A DNA stretch of 20,000 nt from an uncultured virus (IMG/VR IMGVR_UViG_3300020531_000001) (lineage: Duplodnaviria > Heunggongvirae > Uroviricota > Caudoviricetes): positions 118,719 through 138,718 of IMG/VR virus record IMGVR_UViG_3300020531_000001. One strand, given 5' to 3'. This document shows positions 1 through 8,393 of this stretch, piece by piece. The notes beneath the pieces were generated by a model. The model had not been told where the DNA came from, made no database searches, and saw nothing but the letters and a program-made list of their open reading frames with translations. Made by a program: the position numbers and the translations under genes. The number at the start of each line of letters is the position of its first letter. Position 1 is the stretch's first letter.

Positions 1-757
1 CTACCATATTAATGATATGATTCTTCCTTGTTTGTGATATTGAAACTTTTGAGGTTTTTACTTTTTCCTCTGGTTCATACGCTCCCAAAAATGTATATCC
101 AGATGATTCCATGATTGCTTTGTATTGTGCTGTTGGTCCGAATCTATTCTTGTAAACATTGATTATTCTATAATCTTTACCAAGTTCTTCGTCTTTGTCA
201 ATTTTCAAATTAACATCAACAGCATATGGTAAAGTAGTTCCGCCTTTCAGTTCTCCGCTTGTTGTCATTTGAACAATGAAAAGCAAAGCGCAATCGTATA
301 CTTTAGCTTTTTTAATCAATGTATTGACAAAATATTGAACCTTTTGTCTTGAATTCAAATCATTATCGGTTGTTAAACATTGAAAGCTATCAATCACCAA
401 GAAATCCATATTCTTCATATGCTGTACGATTTCATCTACATTTGTGATTGTGGCAATTTTTAAATTTTTAACATTCAAACGCTTCGCATTGTATGCGATT
501 TGTCTAATATCTTCTTCTCCAGATGTATAACCAACCTTGTATCCCTTGGTTGTTAACTTTTCTGAAAGAATTAAAGAAAATACACTTTTACCAGTTCCTG
601 GTTTTGCTATTAAAGTCATCGTAGATCCTGGCAATATACCATCTCCGAATATAGAATCTAATTCATCATCGCCTGTTTTAATTCTATTAAAGTAACTACT
701 TGGAATGGATACATCTCCAATACGAGTAAATTCAACATGTTCGTGATTTAATAACAT
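1..757 (-). CDS. radA: RadA/Sms-like RecA-superfamily ATPase (3'-truncated by window edge; no N-terminal C4 zinc finger)
   Basis: Manual translation from ATG at 757: MLLNHEHVEFTRIGDVSIP...RIKTGDDELDSIFGDGILPGSTMTLIAKPGTGKS (Walker A)...YTSGEE...FLVIDSFQ (Walker B)...KNRFG (RadA signature). The frame stays open to the window edge. Not in the supplied ORF track. Confidence 0.85.
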   Translation of the reverse strand, partial: MLLNHEHVEFTRIGDVSIPSSYFNRIKTGDDELDSIFGDGILPGSTMTLIAKPGTGKSVFSLILSEKLTTKGYKVGYTSGEEDIRQIAYNAKRLNVKNLKIATITNVDEIVQHMKNMDFLVIDSFQCLTTDNDLNSRQKVQYFVNTLIKKAKVYDCALLFIVQMTTSGELKGGTTLPYAVDVNLKIDKDEELGKDYRIINVYKNRFGPTAQYKAIMESSGYTFLGAYEPEEKVKTSKVSISQTRKNHIINMV

Positions 758-763
758 GACGTT

Positions 764-769
764 AGATTA
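764..769 (-). promoter_or_regulatory. Possible -10 element (TAATCT) 6 nt upstream of the radA-like ATG
   Basis: Minus strand reads ...GAG TAATCT AACGTC ATG. Only a weak -35-like ATTCAT/TTCATT lies upstream. Confidence 0.3.
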
Positions 770-793
770 CTCTAGTTTTTTATTAATGAATCT

Positions 794-988
794 TTATTCG
801 AAATTCTTAATGAACCAATCAGAAATTTCCCAATGGAAGTCTTTTTCATTTTTGATAGATCCAGCCCTTACATAAATGTAACTTTCGGGATGTTCCCCAT
901 CGTAATCGCTCCAAACTTCAATAACATCATCATCATTCATGATGAAATAATAATTGTTGATTTCCGCTTCGTATTTACCTTTGCTCAT
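794..988 (-). CDS. Hypothetical acidic phage protein (64 aa)
   Basis: ORF track; ATGA overlap with the stop of the upstream gene. Confidence 0.75.
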   Translation of the reverse strand: MSKGKYEAEINNYYFIMNDDDVIEVWSDYDGEHPESYIYVRAGSIKNEKDFHWEISDWFIKNFE

Positions 989-1869
989 AGTCTTGTTATT
1001 ACTTGTTTAACTGCATTTTTAAATTTATATGTTGCTACATTATTAGGCACATTTTTCCAATTTGTGATTATCTCTGCAAAAAATTCATCGGGATTACTTA
1101 CAGAATAAGCAGATGGCCATTTCATAAGTTTGGCTATCTTTTCTCTTTGTAATTTGTAATCTTCTTTTTTAGAATCTTGCAATCTATATGTTTTTTTCTT
1201 TTTAATTCTTCTATGGTATTCGTCTAACATATCCACATACGCTTTTAATAATATTGGATATGATTGTTTTGGAATTAAATCAGCAATAAAGTGAGCATAT
1301 TCATGCAACAAAAAATCTGGTCTATTGGTATAGTGTTGATCTAAATAAATCACTCCTCTGGAATAATAAGCAGGTACAATGTCTTTCGGATCATATGATA
1401 TATTTTCGTTTTTTATATCTGTAATTACGATCTTTGGTCTTTTTAATGGTAAAATACCATAAACTTTTTTTAAAAATTCAGGAACTGTAACTTTTAATTG
1501 ATCTATTACTCTTATTCTACTTGGAGTATTAAGAAATTTTTCATCTTTTTTGATATTGATTTCAATACCTTGATGACTTAATTCATCAACGCCACGTATG
1601 ACAAATTTAATATAGTTTCTTTTTGATACCGTTGGTTTTAATATACGCTCTCTTAATTTTTCTTCGGTTTGTTTTAAAAATCTATCAGCAGATTCTGGAT
1701 TTCTTAATTTTAATAATTTATAAGTATCTTGAACTTTTTGCTGTTTTAATTTTTTAGAAAGTTCTCTCTTAAACACAGATTGTTTTGAAAGAGTTTTAAG
1801 CTCTTTCAATTCCTGCTTTCTAAGAGGGTTTTTTTCTCTTTTTTCAAAGAAAATATCGAAACTGTCCAC
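985..1869 (-). CDS. Zincin-like metallopeptidase (HExxH), possibly virion-packaged
   Basis: LLHEYAH motif plus downstream SAYSVSNPDEFFAE (Y..N..E.FAE, as in anthrax-lethal-factor-like peptidases). GTG start 5 nt after TTAAATA. Confidence 0.7.
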   Translation of the reverse strand: MDSFDIFFEKREKNPLRKQELKELKTLSKQSVFKRELSKKLKQQKVQDTYKLLKLRNPESADRFLKQTEEKLRERILKPTVSKRNYIKFVIRGVDELSHQGIEINIKKDEKFLNTPSRIRVIDQLKVTVPEFLKKVYGILPLKRPKIVITDIKNENISYDPKDIVPAYYSRGVIYLDQHYTNRPDFLLHEYAHFIADLIPKQSYPILLKAYVDMLDEYHRRIKKKKTYRLQDSKKEDYKLQREKIAKLMKWPSAYSVSNPDEFFAEIITNWKNVPNNVATYKFKNAVKQVITRL

Positions 1870-1874
1870 TGTAA

Positions 1875-1881
1875 TATTTAA
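1875..1881 (-). promoter_or_regulatory. T4-like late promoter candidate TTAAATA
   Basis: Resembles the T4 gp55 consensus TATAAATA. The same 7-mer lies just upstream of starts at 3395 and 15467. Confidence 0.5.
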
Positions 1882-2993
1882 CTTGCTACGATAGTTTTTC
1901 CAAGGGTGGATACATGAGCCATTCCATTATCAACTCTGACTTGTTCAACCGAATAAGGTTGAATGCCATTACATTCATCTAATCCAACAATACTAAAGCC
2001 ATTCTGCCAATTAGGAGCAGATGCATAGACAGGCTTAAGATCACATGCACAAGCGTTCTCCCAAGCATAAACCTGTGTATCTGGACGCTTACCAATACCA
2101 GGAATTCTTTGCGCTGTAGCGCCAAATCTATGGGTATGGTTATGCATCAATGAGATGTTAAACTTATCAAGCATACCTCTAGCTGAATATCCACCATTCT
2201 TACGAACAACATCACCATGCATGATAACAAAGTCATCAGTCAAATTAACATAATCTACCAGATTTACATGTTTATTATATTCACCTAAAAATATTTCTTC
2301 ATATGAGAGTCTTTCTCTAATTTCTGGTAAACATCCAAGTTCACCGATTCTTTCAGATAGATAGCGCCACCAACGACCATTAACATCGTTACCGCTATGA
2401 TTAGCATTTACTTCATAAATTGTAGTATCTTCTGGTGATAAACTTATAAGTTCCTTTAAGAAAGATTGATACGCTACTCTTTCATCAAGCAATGAATATT
2501 GATGACGAATGTCTTTTGAATAACGAGACACTGCAAAAAGATCAAGAGTGTCGCCATTTAAAACAATAGTTTTCGGTCTTAATTCTGCGACTACTTCAAA
2601 AAACACATCAAGTGTTTTTGGGCAGTGTTTTGGAAAATGCATATCTCCAATAACCAATGCATAATTTTCAGATGACTTACTGTATGCTGTGGATTGTGGA
2701 ACTGTTACATTGATGGGAGCTAATTGTTCCAAGAAAGAAAATACCTCATCTTCTGTCTTTTTAAATCTTGTTGGTTTTTCTCTTTGAAGATTCTCATTTA
2801 TATGTCCTTGAACTTCATTATCACTACCTGACTCGAAATTGAAAAAGTCGGTATCATAATTTGATTGAGATTGTTTTTCATAAGCTTTGACCCAATCAAA
2901 AGCTGTTGAACGAGGAACGCCAAAGGTTCTTTGAATTTCATTAAATGACATTCCGTCTCGTTTGGCTTGGATTACTTGTTGTTTTATATTCAT
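1878..2993 (-). CDS. N-terminal HTH fused to a calcineurin-like metallophosphoesterase
   Basis: N-terminal GMSFNEIQRTFGVPRSTAFDW (HTH). Phosphoesterase motifs GDMH, NGDTLD, ANH, HGD, HTH(R). Confidence 0.8.
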   Translation of the reverse strand: MNIKQQVIQAKRDGMSFNEIQRTFGVPRSTAFDWVKAYEKQSQSNYDTDFFNFESGSDNEVQGHINENLQREKPTRFKKTEDEVFSFLEQLAPINVTVPQSTAYSKSSENYALVIGDMHFPKHCPKTLDVFFEVVAELRPKTIVLNGDTLDLFAVSRYSKDIRHQYSLLDERVAYQSFLKELISLSPEDTTIYEVNANHSGNDVNGRWWRYLSERIGELGCLPEIRERLSYEEIFLGEYNKHVNLVDYVNLTDDFVIMHGDVVRKNGGYSARGMLDKFNISLMHNHTHRFGATAQRIPGIGKRPDTQVYAWENACACDLKPVYASAPNWQNGFSIVGLDECNGIQPYSVEQVRVDNGMAHVSTLGKTIVAS

Positions 2994-3202
2994 GCTTGTT
3001 GTTTGTTAAAAAATTCTTTAAATGATTGTTTAAATTTATTTATATCTTCTTGAGTAGCAGTTTCTAATTCTCTTTCTGCTTCTTCATATGTATCATGATT
3101 TGAAACAAAGTCAACTTTACCATTTCCAACATTATAAAGAATGTCATAGGTATTATCATCAGATCGTCTAACAATTCTAAATCTACTTTTTCGAGGAATC
3201 AT
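2990..3202 (-). CDS. Hypothetical protein (70 aa)
   Basis: ORF track; ATGA overlap with the downstream gene. Confidence 0.7.
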   Translation of the reverse strand: MIPRKSRFRIVRRSDDNTYDILYNVGNGKVDFVSNHDTYEEAERELETATQEDINKFKQSFKEFFNKQQA

Positions 3203-3395
3203 ATGAATTATTTATTGAGGTGACATCAACATACTTTAATCCAAATCCGCAATCGTCTACGAGATAGTTTATTGCTTTGTAAGCATCGGTTGGAAAAAAT
3301 CCAATTTTTGGGTAGAGTACATACAGGTCATTTGAAACATTTATGTTATGTTCCTTTAGTAAAGTTATAGCTTCTTCTTTGTTTTTGAAGTTCAC
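3183..3395 (-). CDS. Hypothetical protein (70 aa, GTG start)
   Basis: ORF track; preceded by TTAAATA. Confidence 0.6.
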   Translation of the reverse strand: MNFKNKEEAITLLKEHNINVSNDLYVLYPKIGFFPTDAYKAINYLVDDCGFGLKYVDVTSINNSYDSSKK

Positions 3396-3404
3396 TTATC
3401 TGAC

Positions 3405-3411
3405 TATTTAA
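3405..3411 (-). promoter_or_regulatory. T4-like late promoter candidate TTAAATA
   Basis: Lies in a 57-nt intergenic gap, 9 nt upstream of the GTG at 3395. Confidence 0.4.
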
Positions 3412-3452
3412 CCAATATAATTTGATATTAGTTAAGCCATGTGAATCTTTTT

Positions 3453-3749
3453 TTAAAATTCAGTTTTCCAATTAAGTTTAGAAGATTTGCAAGAAATATT
3501 AATATCATCACGATCTTCAAGATCACTGATGTCATATTCTATCTCATCAAGCCATTCATTATATTCACAAGTTTCGAATACTTCTTTTATAATAGTTTCA
3601 TCAAAAGTTTGATGGAAAAGTATTGTTTTGAATGTTTCAATCCAATCTTCAATATTGGCATCTGGACCGAGTGTCAAATGAATGGTTTTATCTGGACGAA
3701 ATCCACCTTCGATAGTTATTTTAATTGGTTCTGTTTTCATATAATTCAT
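3453..3749 (-). CDS. Hypothetical acidic protein
   Basis: ORF track 3453-3800. Start moved to the ATG at 3749, just after the thyX stop (TAATATTATG). Confidence 0.7.
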   Translation of the reverse strand: MNYMKTEPIKITIEGGFRPDKTIHLTLGPDANIEDWIETFKTILFHQTFDETIIKEVFETCEYNEWLDEIEYDISDLEDRDDINISCKSSKLNWKTEF

Positions 3750-3753
3750 AATA

Positions 3754-4431
3754 TTAAAATTTCCAAGCTTGTATTGTATGTTTAAATGGTTCACCTTCAA
3801 TATTTTTTACAAGTTCAAGCATCTTCTCAGCAATCTCTCTAATTTCTTTTTGTGCATGCTCAGAGTTACGAAGCTTCAAAAAGTTTGCAAAACTTCTCAT
3901 ATTAAATTGTACATCAGCTTGAATTTGAGAATTGTAAGTTTTAAAAAATCGTGCGCTTTCTTTTGCACGTTTACGACCAAGAATGGGTGTAAGTTCCTCT
4001 AGACACTGATGATAATACTTATTGCCCATTTTTGTATACTCTTCAAGAACTCCTGCCCAACTATAAACAGATATAGATTCATGTGAATTGCCAGCACAAC
4101 CATCTTCATCTGCATTGTCTAATGCAATCCAATCAGTAGGAATGTAATACTTATCATCATTCAATTCTTTGTATCGGGCTGATTCAGCATTAATACTAGC
4201 AATGCGATGCTTGAGCAGGTGAATATGAGCGCTAACATCGGTATCAACAAGAAAATGCACACTACCTTTTTCAAAGGGTGTTTCGTGACCGTTAGACCAG
4301 AGCATGTCGATGAGTTTAGGAATGCGCGATTTCTTTTCATCATTTAATTCTCTTGATGTGCTTGTCCATGCACTACATGCAATAATTTCGTCTGAACCAT
4401 AATGTCCAATTAGTTCTACTTTATTTATCAT
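3754..4431 (-). CDS. thyX: Flavin-dependent thymidylate synthase ThyX (divergent motif)
   Basis: GHETPFE, KHRIASINAESARY (ThyX RHRxxSxxxxSxRY variant), KESARF, NMRSFANFLKLRNSEHAQKEIR. Likely start MINKVELI at 4431. Confidence 0.92.
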   Translation of the reverse strand: MINKVELIGHYGSDEIIACSAWTSTSRELNDEKKSRIPKLIDMLWSNGHETPFEKGSVHFLVDTDVSAHIHLLKHRIASINAESARYKELNDDKYYIPTDWIALDNADEDGCAGNSHESISVYSWAGVLEEYTKMGNKYYHQCLEELTPILGRKRAKESARFFKTYNSQIQADVQFNMRSFANFLKLRNSEHAQKEIREIAEKMLELVKNIEGEPFKHTIQAWKF

Positions 4432-4435
4432 AATA

Positions 4436-4690
4436 TTAGTAATCTTTTTTGTATTCAAGATTTTGAATTTCTGCTAAATGATCAACGAGATTTGCTAATT
4501 CTTGGTCATTTAGAATAGTCATATCAGTGTAAGGTTTTCCTCTTAAAGTCATCCACGCTTGTTTGATTCTGAAAAGAAAACCAATAGAAATATCATATTG
4601 AAAATGAGCGAACTCTGTTCCAAAATCTGGATCATGACTCACATAAAGTCCCCCATGTCCGCAATCGCATTTAAAAAATTTACCATTCAT
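4436..4690 (-). CDS. Hypothetical protein with N-terminal CDCGH
   Basis: ORF track; fits the operon tiling. Confidence 0.7.
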   Translation of the reverse strand: MNGKFFKCDCGHGGLYVSHDPDFGTEFAHFQYDISIGFLFRIKQAWMTLRGKPYTDMTILNDQELANLVDHLAEIQNLEYKKDY

Positions 4691-4713
4691 ATGTGTTTTT
4701 ATATTCTAGTTTT

Positions 4714-4809
4714 TTATTTGTCATCGTCGTATTTTTCAAAAATAATAAGAGCGGCAATTGCAAAAATAATCATTGAAACGCTGTATAAAATAATTGATAT
4801 TTCACTCAT
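4714..4809 (-). CDS. Small single-TM protein (31 aa)
   Basis: Manual translation MSEISIILYSVSMIIFAIAALIIFEKYDDDK*. Fills the gap between neighbouring genes. Confidence 0.55.
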   Translation of the reverse strand: MSEISIILYSVSMIIFAIAALIIFEKYDDDK

Positions 4810-4993
4810 CATAATCGTATCCTATTTTATGAGTCTCGATCCAGCGATAATTTCTTTTATCACCTACACGCTCAATAGTCATATGACCATTTTCATATGC
4901 TTCACGATGTGTTTCATTAACACCCATCCAAAAACCAGCAATCATACACAAAGCTGTATGAATGACCAATAAAATTACAACGATAATATTCAT
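4802..4993 (-). CDS. Small membrane-anchored protein (63 aa)
   Basis: Hydrophobic N-terminus followed by REAYENGH...YRW. Same architecture as 9967-10146. Confidence 0.7.
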   Translation of the reverse strand: MNIIVVILLVIHTALCMIAGFWMGVNETHREAYENGHMTIERVGDKRNYRWIETHKIGYDYDE

Positions 4994-4996
4994 AAT

Positions 4997-5290
4997 TTAA
5001 GAATTCATTACCTTCAATAAATCTCTTCTATTTTCAACAGAAAATTCTTCATCACCAATCTTTACTTGCATTCCTCTTTCTCCCATATCATTATCATAAA
5101 TATACCACATAATCCAACCATCTGGATCAACAATATCTACTGTATCTTCAAATGCTTTCCAAACTGTATTGTAAAATGAACCATTAATATCCATAAACCC
5201 CGCATCATGTGCTTTGTCCATTACTTTTTTCAAAGCAATATATGAATCTAAAATTTTATTTAGTTCTTCAATAGTAAGTTGTTTGTTCAT
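4997..5290 (-). CDS. Hypothetical phage protein
   Basis: ORF track 4997-5335. Likely start MNKQLT at 5290 (ATGA overlap). Contains a WIMWYIYDNDMG motif. Confidence 0.75.
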   Translation of the reverse strand: MNKQLTIEELNKILDSYIALKKVMDKAHDAGFMDINGSFYNTVWKAFEDTVDIVDPDGWIMWYIYDNDMGERGMQVKIGDEEFSVENRRDLLKVMNS

Positions 5291-5958
5291 CTTATTTCTT
5301 TGATTTCTAGTTCGTCTAATATTGTACTCACACATCCATCAAAGTCAACTACAGAATACTGATGAAAATGACCGCAATAGTGACGAGATGCTCCACAAAG
5401 TTTGATTAACACATCATGATCTTTGCGTTCTTGTAAACACTCATCCCAAAGTGTTTCATCACGATCACACCAACTAGAAATTCCATCTTTGTCAAATGAA
5501 CCACTCCATGTAGGTGCGCTATGTGTTACAAGTATATCACAACGCTTTATTTTAGAATGATCTAAAACAAACTTTTCATCTTTCCAGTATGAGATACCTT
5601 CTGTTCGCATACGACGATCAACGCTAACTGCCCCACCAACAAAACCAAACTTTTTGTCGTTTAGCGTTAGATAAGTATAATCGGACAATAGTTTAAAATT
5701 ACTCATGCTTACTCTTCCATCAAAATAAGATGGATCATCATGATTGCCACGAATGCCAATAAAGTCAATGCCCTTGCCACCAAAAAAACTATTGATATAG
5801 TCAAACTGACGAGATTGTTGTTTGTCAAGTTTAAATCCAATACCCAAATCGCCCACACCAATCAGTGTGAAGTTACGAATTTCTGATGCTTTAATTTTTA
5901 AGAAAAGCTGATCCCATTTGCCATGGATGTCTCCTACTATATAAATTGGTTTGTTCAT
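5287..5958 (-). CDS. Calcineurin-like metallophosphoesterase
   Basis: GDIHG, GDLG, GNHD, THSAP and GHFH motifs. Start MNKPIY at 5958 (ATGA overlap). Confidence 0.9.
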   Translation of the reverse strand: MNKPIYIVGDIHGKWDQLFLKIKASEIRNFTLIGVGDLGIGFKLDKQQSRQFDYINSFFGGKGIDFIGIRGNHDDPSYFDGRVSMSNFKLLSDYTYLTLNDKKFGFVGGAVSVDRRMRTEGISYWKDEKFVLDHSKIKRCDILVTHSAPTWSGSFDKDGISSWCDRDETLWDECLQERKDHDVLIKLCGASRHYCGHFHQYSVVDFDGCVSTILDELEIKEIR

Positions 5959-6560
5959 AATTGACTGCATATTTTCTCGTGTCTTTTTTTAAGTTTGTCG
6001 TTATAGTTATTAGGATCTAAGTAAAAATCTAATGAATGCAATTGTGTTGATGAAAGTTTTCTAAGAGCTGGAGAGTATGGAGATTTACTATTTTTAGTCC
6101 ATGATCTTAATTTTTCAACAGTATGATAAAAGAATAGATAGCAGTTTGCGCCTCGTGTGTAGTTATCGACATCAATATCAAGTTTATATTTTTTGATAGT
6201 TTGAAGTGCAATACACTCACAATGCCATTCCAATTCTATAGCATCCTTTACTGCCTGAGATACTATCTTTTTAGAGTATCTCTTACCATCAAGCCAGTTG
6301 AACAAAATGTCACATCCTTTCACTTTTGAATTAAAGAATTTACGATGATGTTTCCATTGTAAGTAATGAGAATATTCATGCACAAATATTTCAAATGCAC
6401 AGTCGCGTTTCATTGCGACTACAAATTCTTTTTGATCTTTATTATCATCAAACCAACCACCATATTTACCATCTATAGCTCTTGTCATAATAAGCTTTAT
6501 TGAAAAGCCGTCATCGAGCAATTCATTTACTGCTTTTGCTATAAAGGTATTTTTATCCAT
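5955..6560 (-). CDS. Putative Zn metallopeptidase-like protein (HExxH)
   Basis: FVHEYSHYLQW followed by ELEWHCE (possible third Zn ligand). Confidence 0.65.
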   Translation of the reverse strand: MDKNTFIAKAVNELLDDGFSIKLIMTRAIDGKYGGWFDDNKDQKEFVVAMKRDCAFEIFVHEYSHYLQWKHHRKFFNSKVKGCDILFNWLDGKRYSKKIVSQAVKDAIELEWHCECIALQTIKKYKLDIDVDNYTRGANCYLFFYHTVEKLRSWTKNSKSPYSPALRKLSSTQLHSLDFYLDPNNYNDKLKKRHEKICSQL

Positions 6561-6575
6561 ATTCTAAGAATGGTT

Positions 6576-6983
6576 TTATTCTTGTATATTACTTAAATAT
6601 TCTGCGTAATAGACCCTATTATAATTACGTTTTCTAGAGTTTTCTGTTTCTTGTGCAATTTTTAGTGGTTCAGTAATATACTCACGTACTCTAAAACTTC
6701 CAACATTATCATAGGTCCATAGCATATTTTTTCCAATTGGATACATATACGCTACTACCGCATGACCATAATCCTTTCCATCAATATTACTCTTATAACG
6801 ATAAAGAAGAACCTCACTCCATTTTACTTTTTTACCAAGTGATTCTTTAAATGTGATAGCAGTTGGCAAGCATGAATTTGGCATTGATTGCATCACTTTC
6901 CATTCTGGGTTTTGAGGAGTACGTGTAAATATTTCGCATGAAGCTAATAAACAAGTGAAAGTAATTATTAATATTGTTTTCAT
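6576..6983 (-). CDS. Lipoprotein with putative papain/transglutaminase-like Cys-His-Asp triad
   Basis: Signal peptide MKTILIITFTCLLAS|C (lipobox, Cys16). NSC38, GH74AV and YD92N occur in triad order. Confidence 0.6.
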   Translation of the reverse strand: MKTILIITFTCLLASCEIFTRTPQNPEWKVMQSMPNSCLPTAITFKESLGKKVKWSEVLLYRYKSNIDGKDYGHAVVAYMYPIGKNMLWTYDNVGSFRVREYITEPLKIAQETENSRKRNYNRVYYAEYLSNIQE

Positions 6984-6995
6984 AATTTTATATAT

Positions 6996-7805
6996 CTATA
7001 TATCTTCTTTACACGGTTTATAACCTGCTTTCTGCGCTTCCTCATCACACAATGTAGTATACCACGATCCGCGCTTGCATAGTTGTCCACACTTTCCAGT
7101 ATATTGGCAAGTAAGTGAAGAAAGATGTTCGGCATAACGAACCATACCTTTTACAACATCATTGCCACCATCATAATAGACACGTAGAGTGCCAAACTTT
7201 TCTTTGTATTGAGCAATCGTTACAGAAGGTGGAGAGACTCCAATATAAAGATCTAGACGATTAAAAAGAATTTTATCAATTGTACTTACAATATTACGAA
7301 TACGTGCAGCAAAAGTTTTGTTAATTTTCTCTCTCTCTTCATTACTTGGAGAAGCAAACTTTGCACCTTTGGGCAGTCGCTTTTCAAAATCTCTATATGG
7401 ATTGAACTTTCTATAAATTGGATCTCTTACATATTTCCAATATAGTTGACGAAACTTTAGACGAAGCCTTTGCTTAGGATTAATTTCAGTATGCTTATGG
7501 TGCGACACATAGTCATCAATACACCCAAACAATGAATCGACAATGCTCATCCATCCAATTGGACAATCATTCCAACAACGTTGACTTTGTGGCAATAACT
7601 CTCCATTCTCATTAGTTGGAAACAAACGAGGATATTTTTTAAAGAGATACTCTTCAAATATATCACCATCCTCTATTTCACTTAGAATATGTTCTTTTAA
7701 TTCTTCTACTGATTTATATTTCATATTTGTATGTTTATCACATGGACCGTCATTATAGCCATGACTTGCTAAAGCATCGCACTCTAGACAACTTTGGATG
7801 TTCAT
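6996..7805 (-). CDS. Conserved phage hypothetical protein (KEKFGxLR family)
   Basis: GWMSIVDSL...QYKEKFGTLRVYY...TCQYTGKCG...WYTTLCD. N-terminal CxxC..C..H segment; possible internal start MKYKS at 7724. Confidence 0.75.
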   Translation of the reverse strand: MNIQSCLECDALASHGYNDGPCDKHTNMKYKSVEELKEHILSEIEDGDIFEEYLFKKYPRLFPTNENGELLPQSQRCWNDCPIGWMSIVDSLFGCIDDYVSHHKHTEINPKQRLRLKFRQLYWKYVRDPIYRKFNPYRDFEKRLPKGAKFASPSNEEREKINKTFAARIRNIVSTIDKILFNRLDLYIGVSPPSVTIAQYKEKFGTLRVYYDGGNDVVKGMVRYAEHLSSLTCQYTGKCGQLCKRGSWYTTLCDEEAQKAGYKPCKEDI

Positions 7806-8392
7806 GTCCACATTTTTTGATAGTGTTTAACGATAGTGTTCATAGCCCACATATCTTTTTCTTCAATTAGCGCTTCAAGACGACGAACCTCAGCATATGC
7901 TTCTTTATATGGCATACCATAAAGCTCTTCACAACTTCTCATTGTGCAATTGCCATTTTCCTCTTTAATGAAAAGATCATTGATTGCTTTTGAACTTGGT
8001 GTTGGATATGAAACTTCAAGATGTAGTTCAAGTCCTGGTCGCTCGGTTTTAATATAATTATAAACCTCACGAAGTTCATTATCAGTATTTTTAACACTAT
8101 CAACATACTCTTGTGAGATATATCCCTTTTCAAGATCTTCAGTCCAATCAGTATGATCTTGAAGACCTTTTTCGTCTTCTACATAGTGTATTAGACAAGC
8201 AAAAAGCAAGTGTGGAATAAGCGTTACCTTGTCACACCATGTATTTGGAATAGTTTTTGTCAACCACTTTTGACGTGGATTAAAAAATGCAGATATTCTG
8301 TATCTCACATCCCACCAAAAAAAGCTGTTAAACAGCAATGATGGGTGTTTAAAGACTCTCAAAACGTTAGTTGTATATGTATCCATTATCAT
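7802..8392 (-). CDS. Hypothetical phage protein (196 aa)
   Basis: ORF track; tiles with neighbours; starts M-I-M. Confidence 0.75.
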   Translation of the reverse strand: MIMDTYTTNVLRVFKHPSLLFNSFFWWDVRYRISAFFNPRQKWLTKTIPNTWCDKVTLIPHLLFACLIHYVEDEKGLQDHTDWTEDLEKGYISQEYVDSVKNTDNELREVYNYIKTERPGLELHLEVSYPTPSSKAINDLFIKEENGNCTMRSCEELYGMPYKEAYAEVRRLEALIEEKDMWAMNTIVKHYQKMWT

Positions 8393-8393
8393 A

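Noticed and set aside
4161..8133. Nested minus-strand ORFs 4161-4343 and 7939-8133
   Set aside because: They lie wholly inside thyX and the 196-aa gene in alternative frames, with no supporting features.
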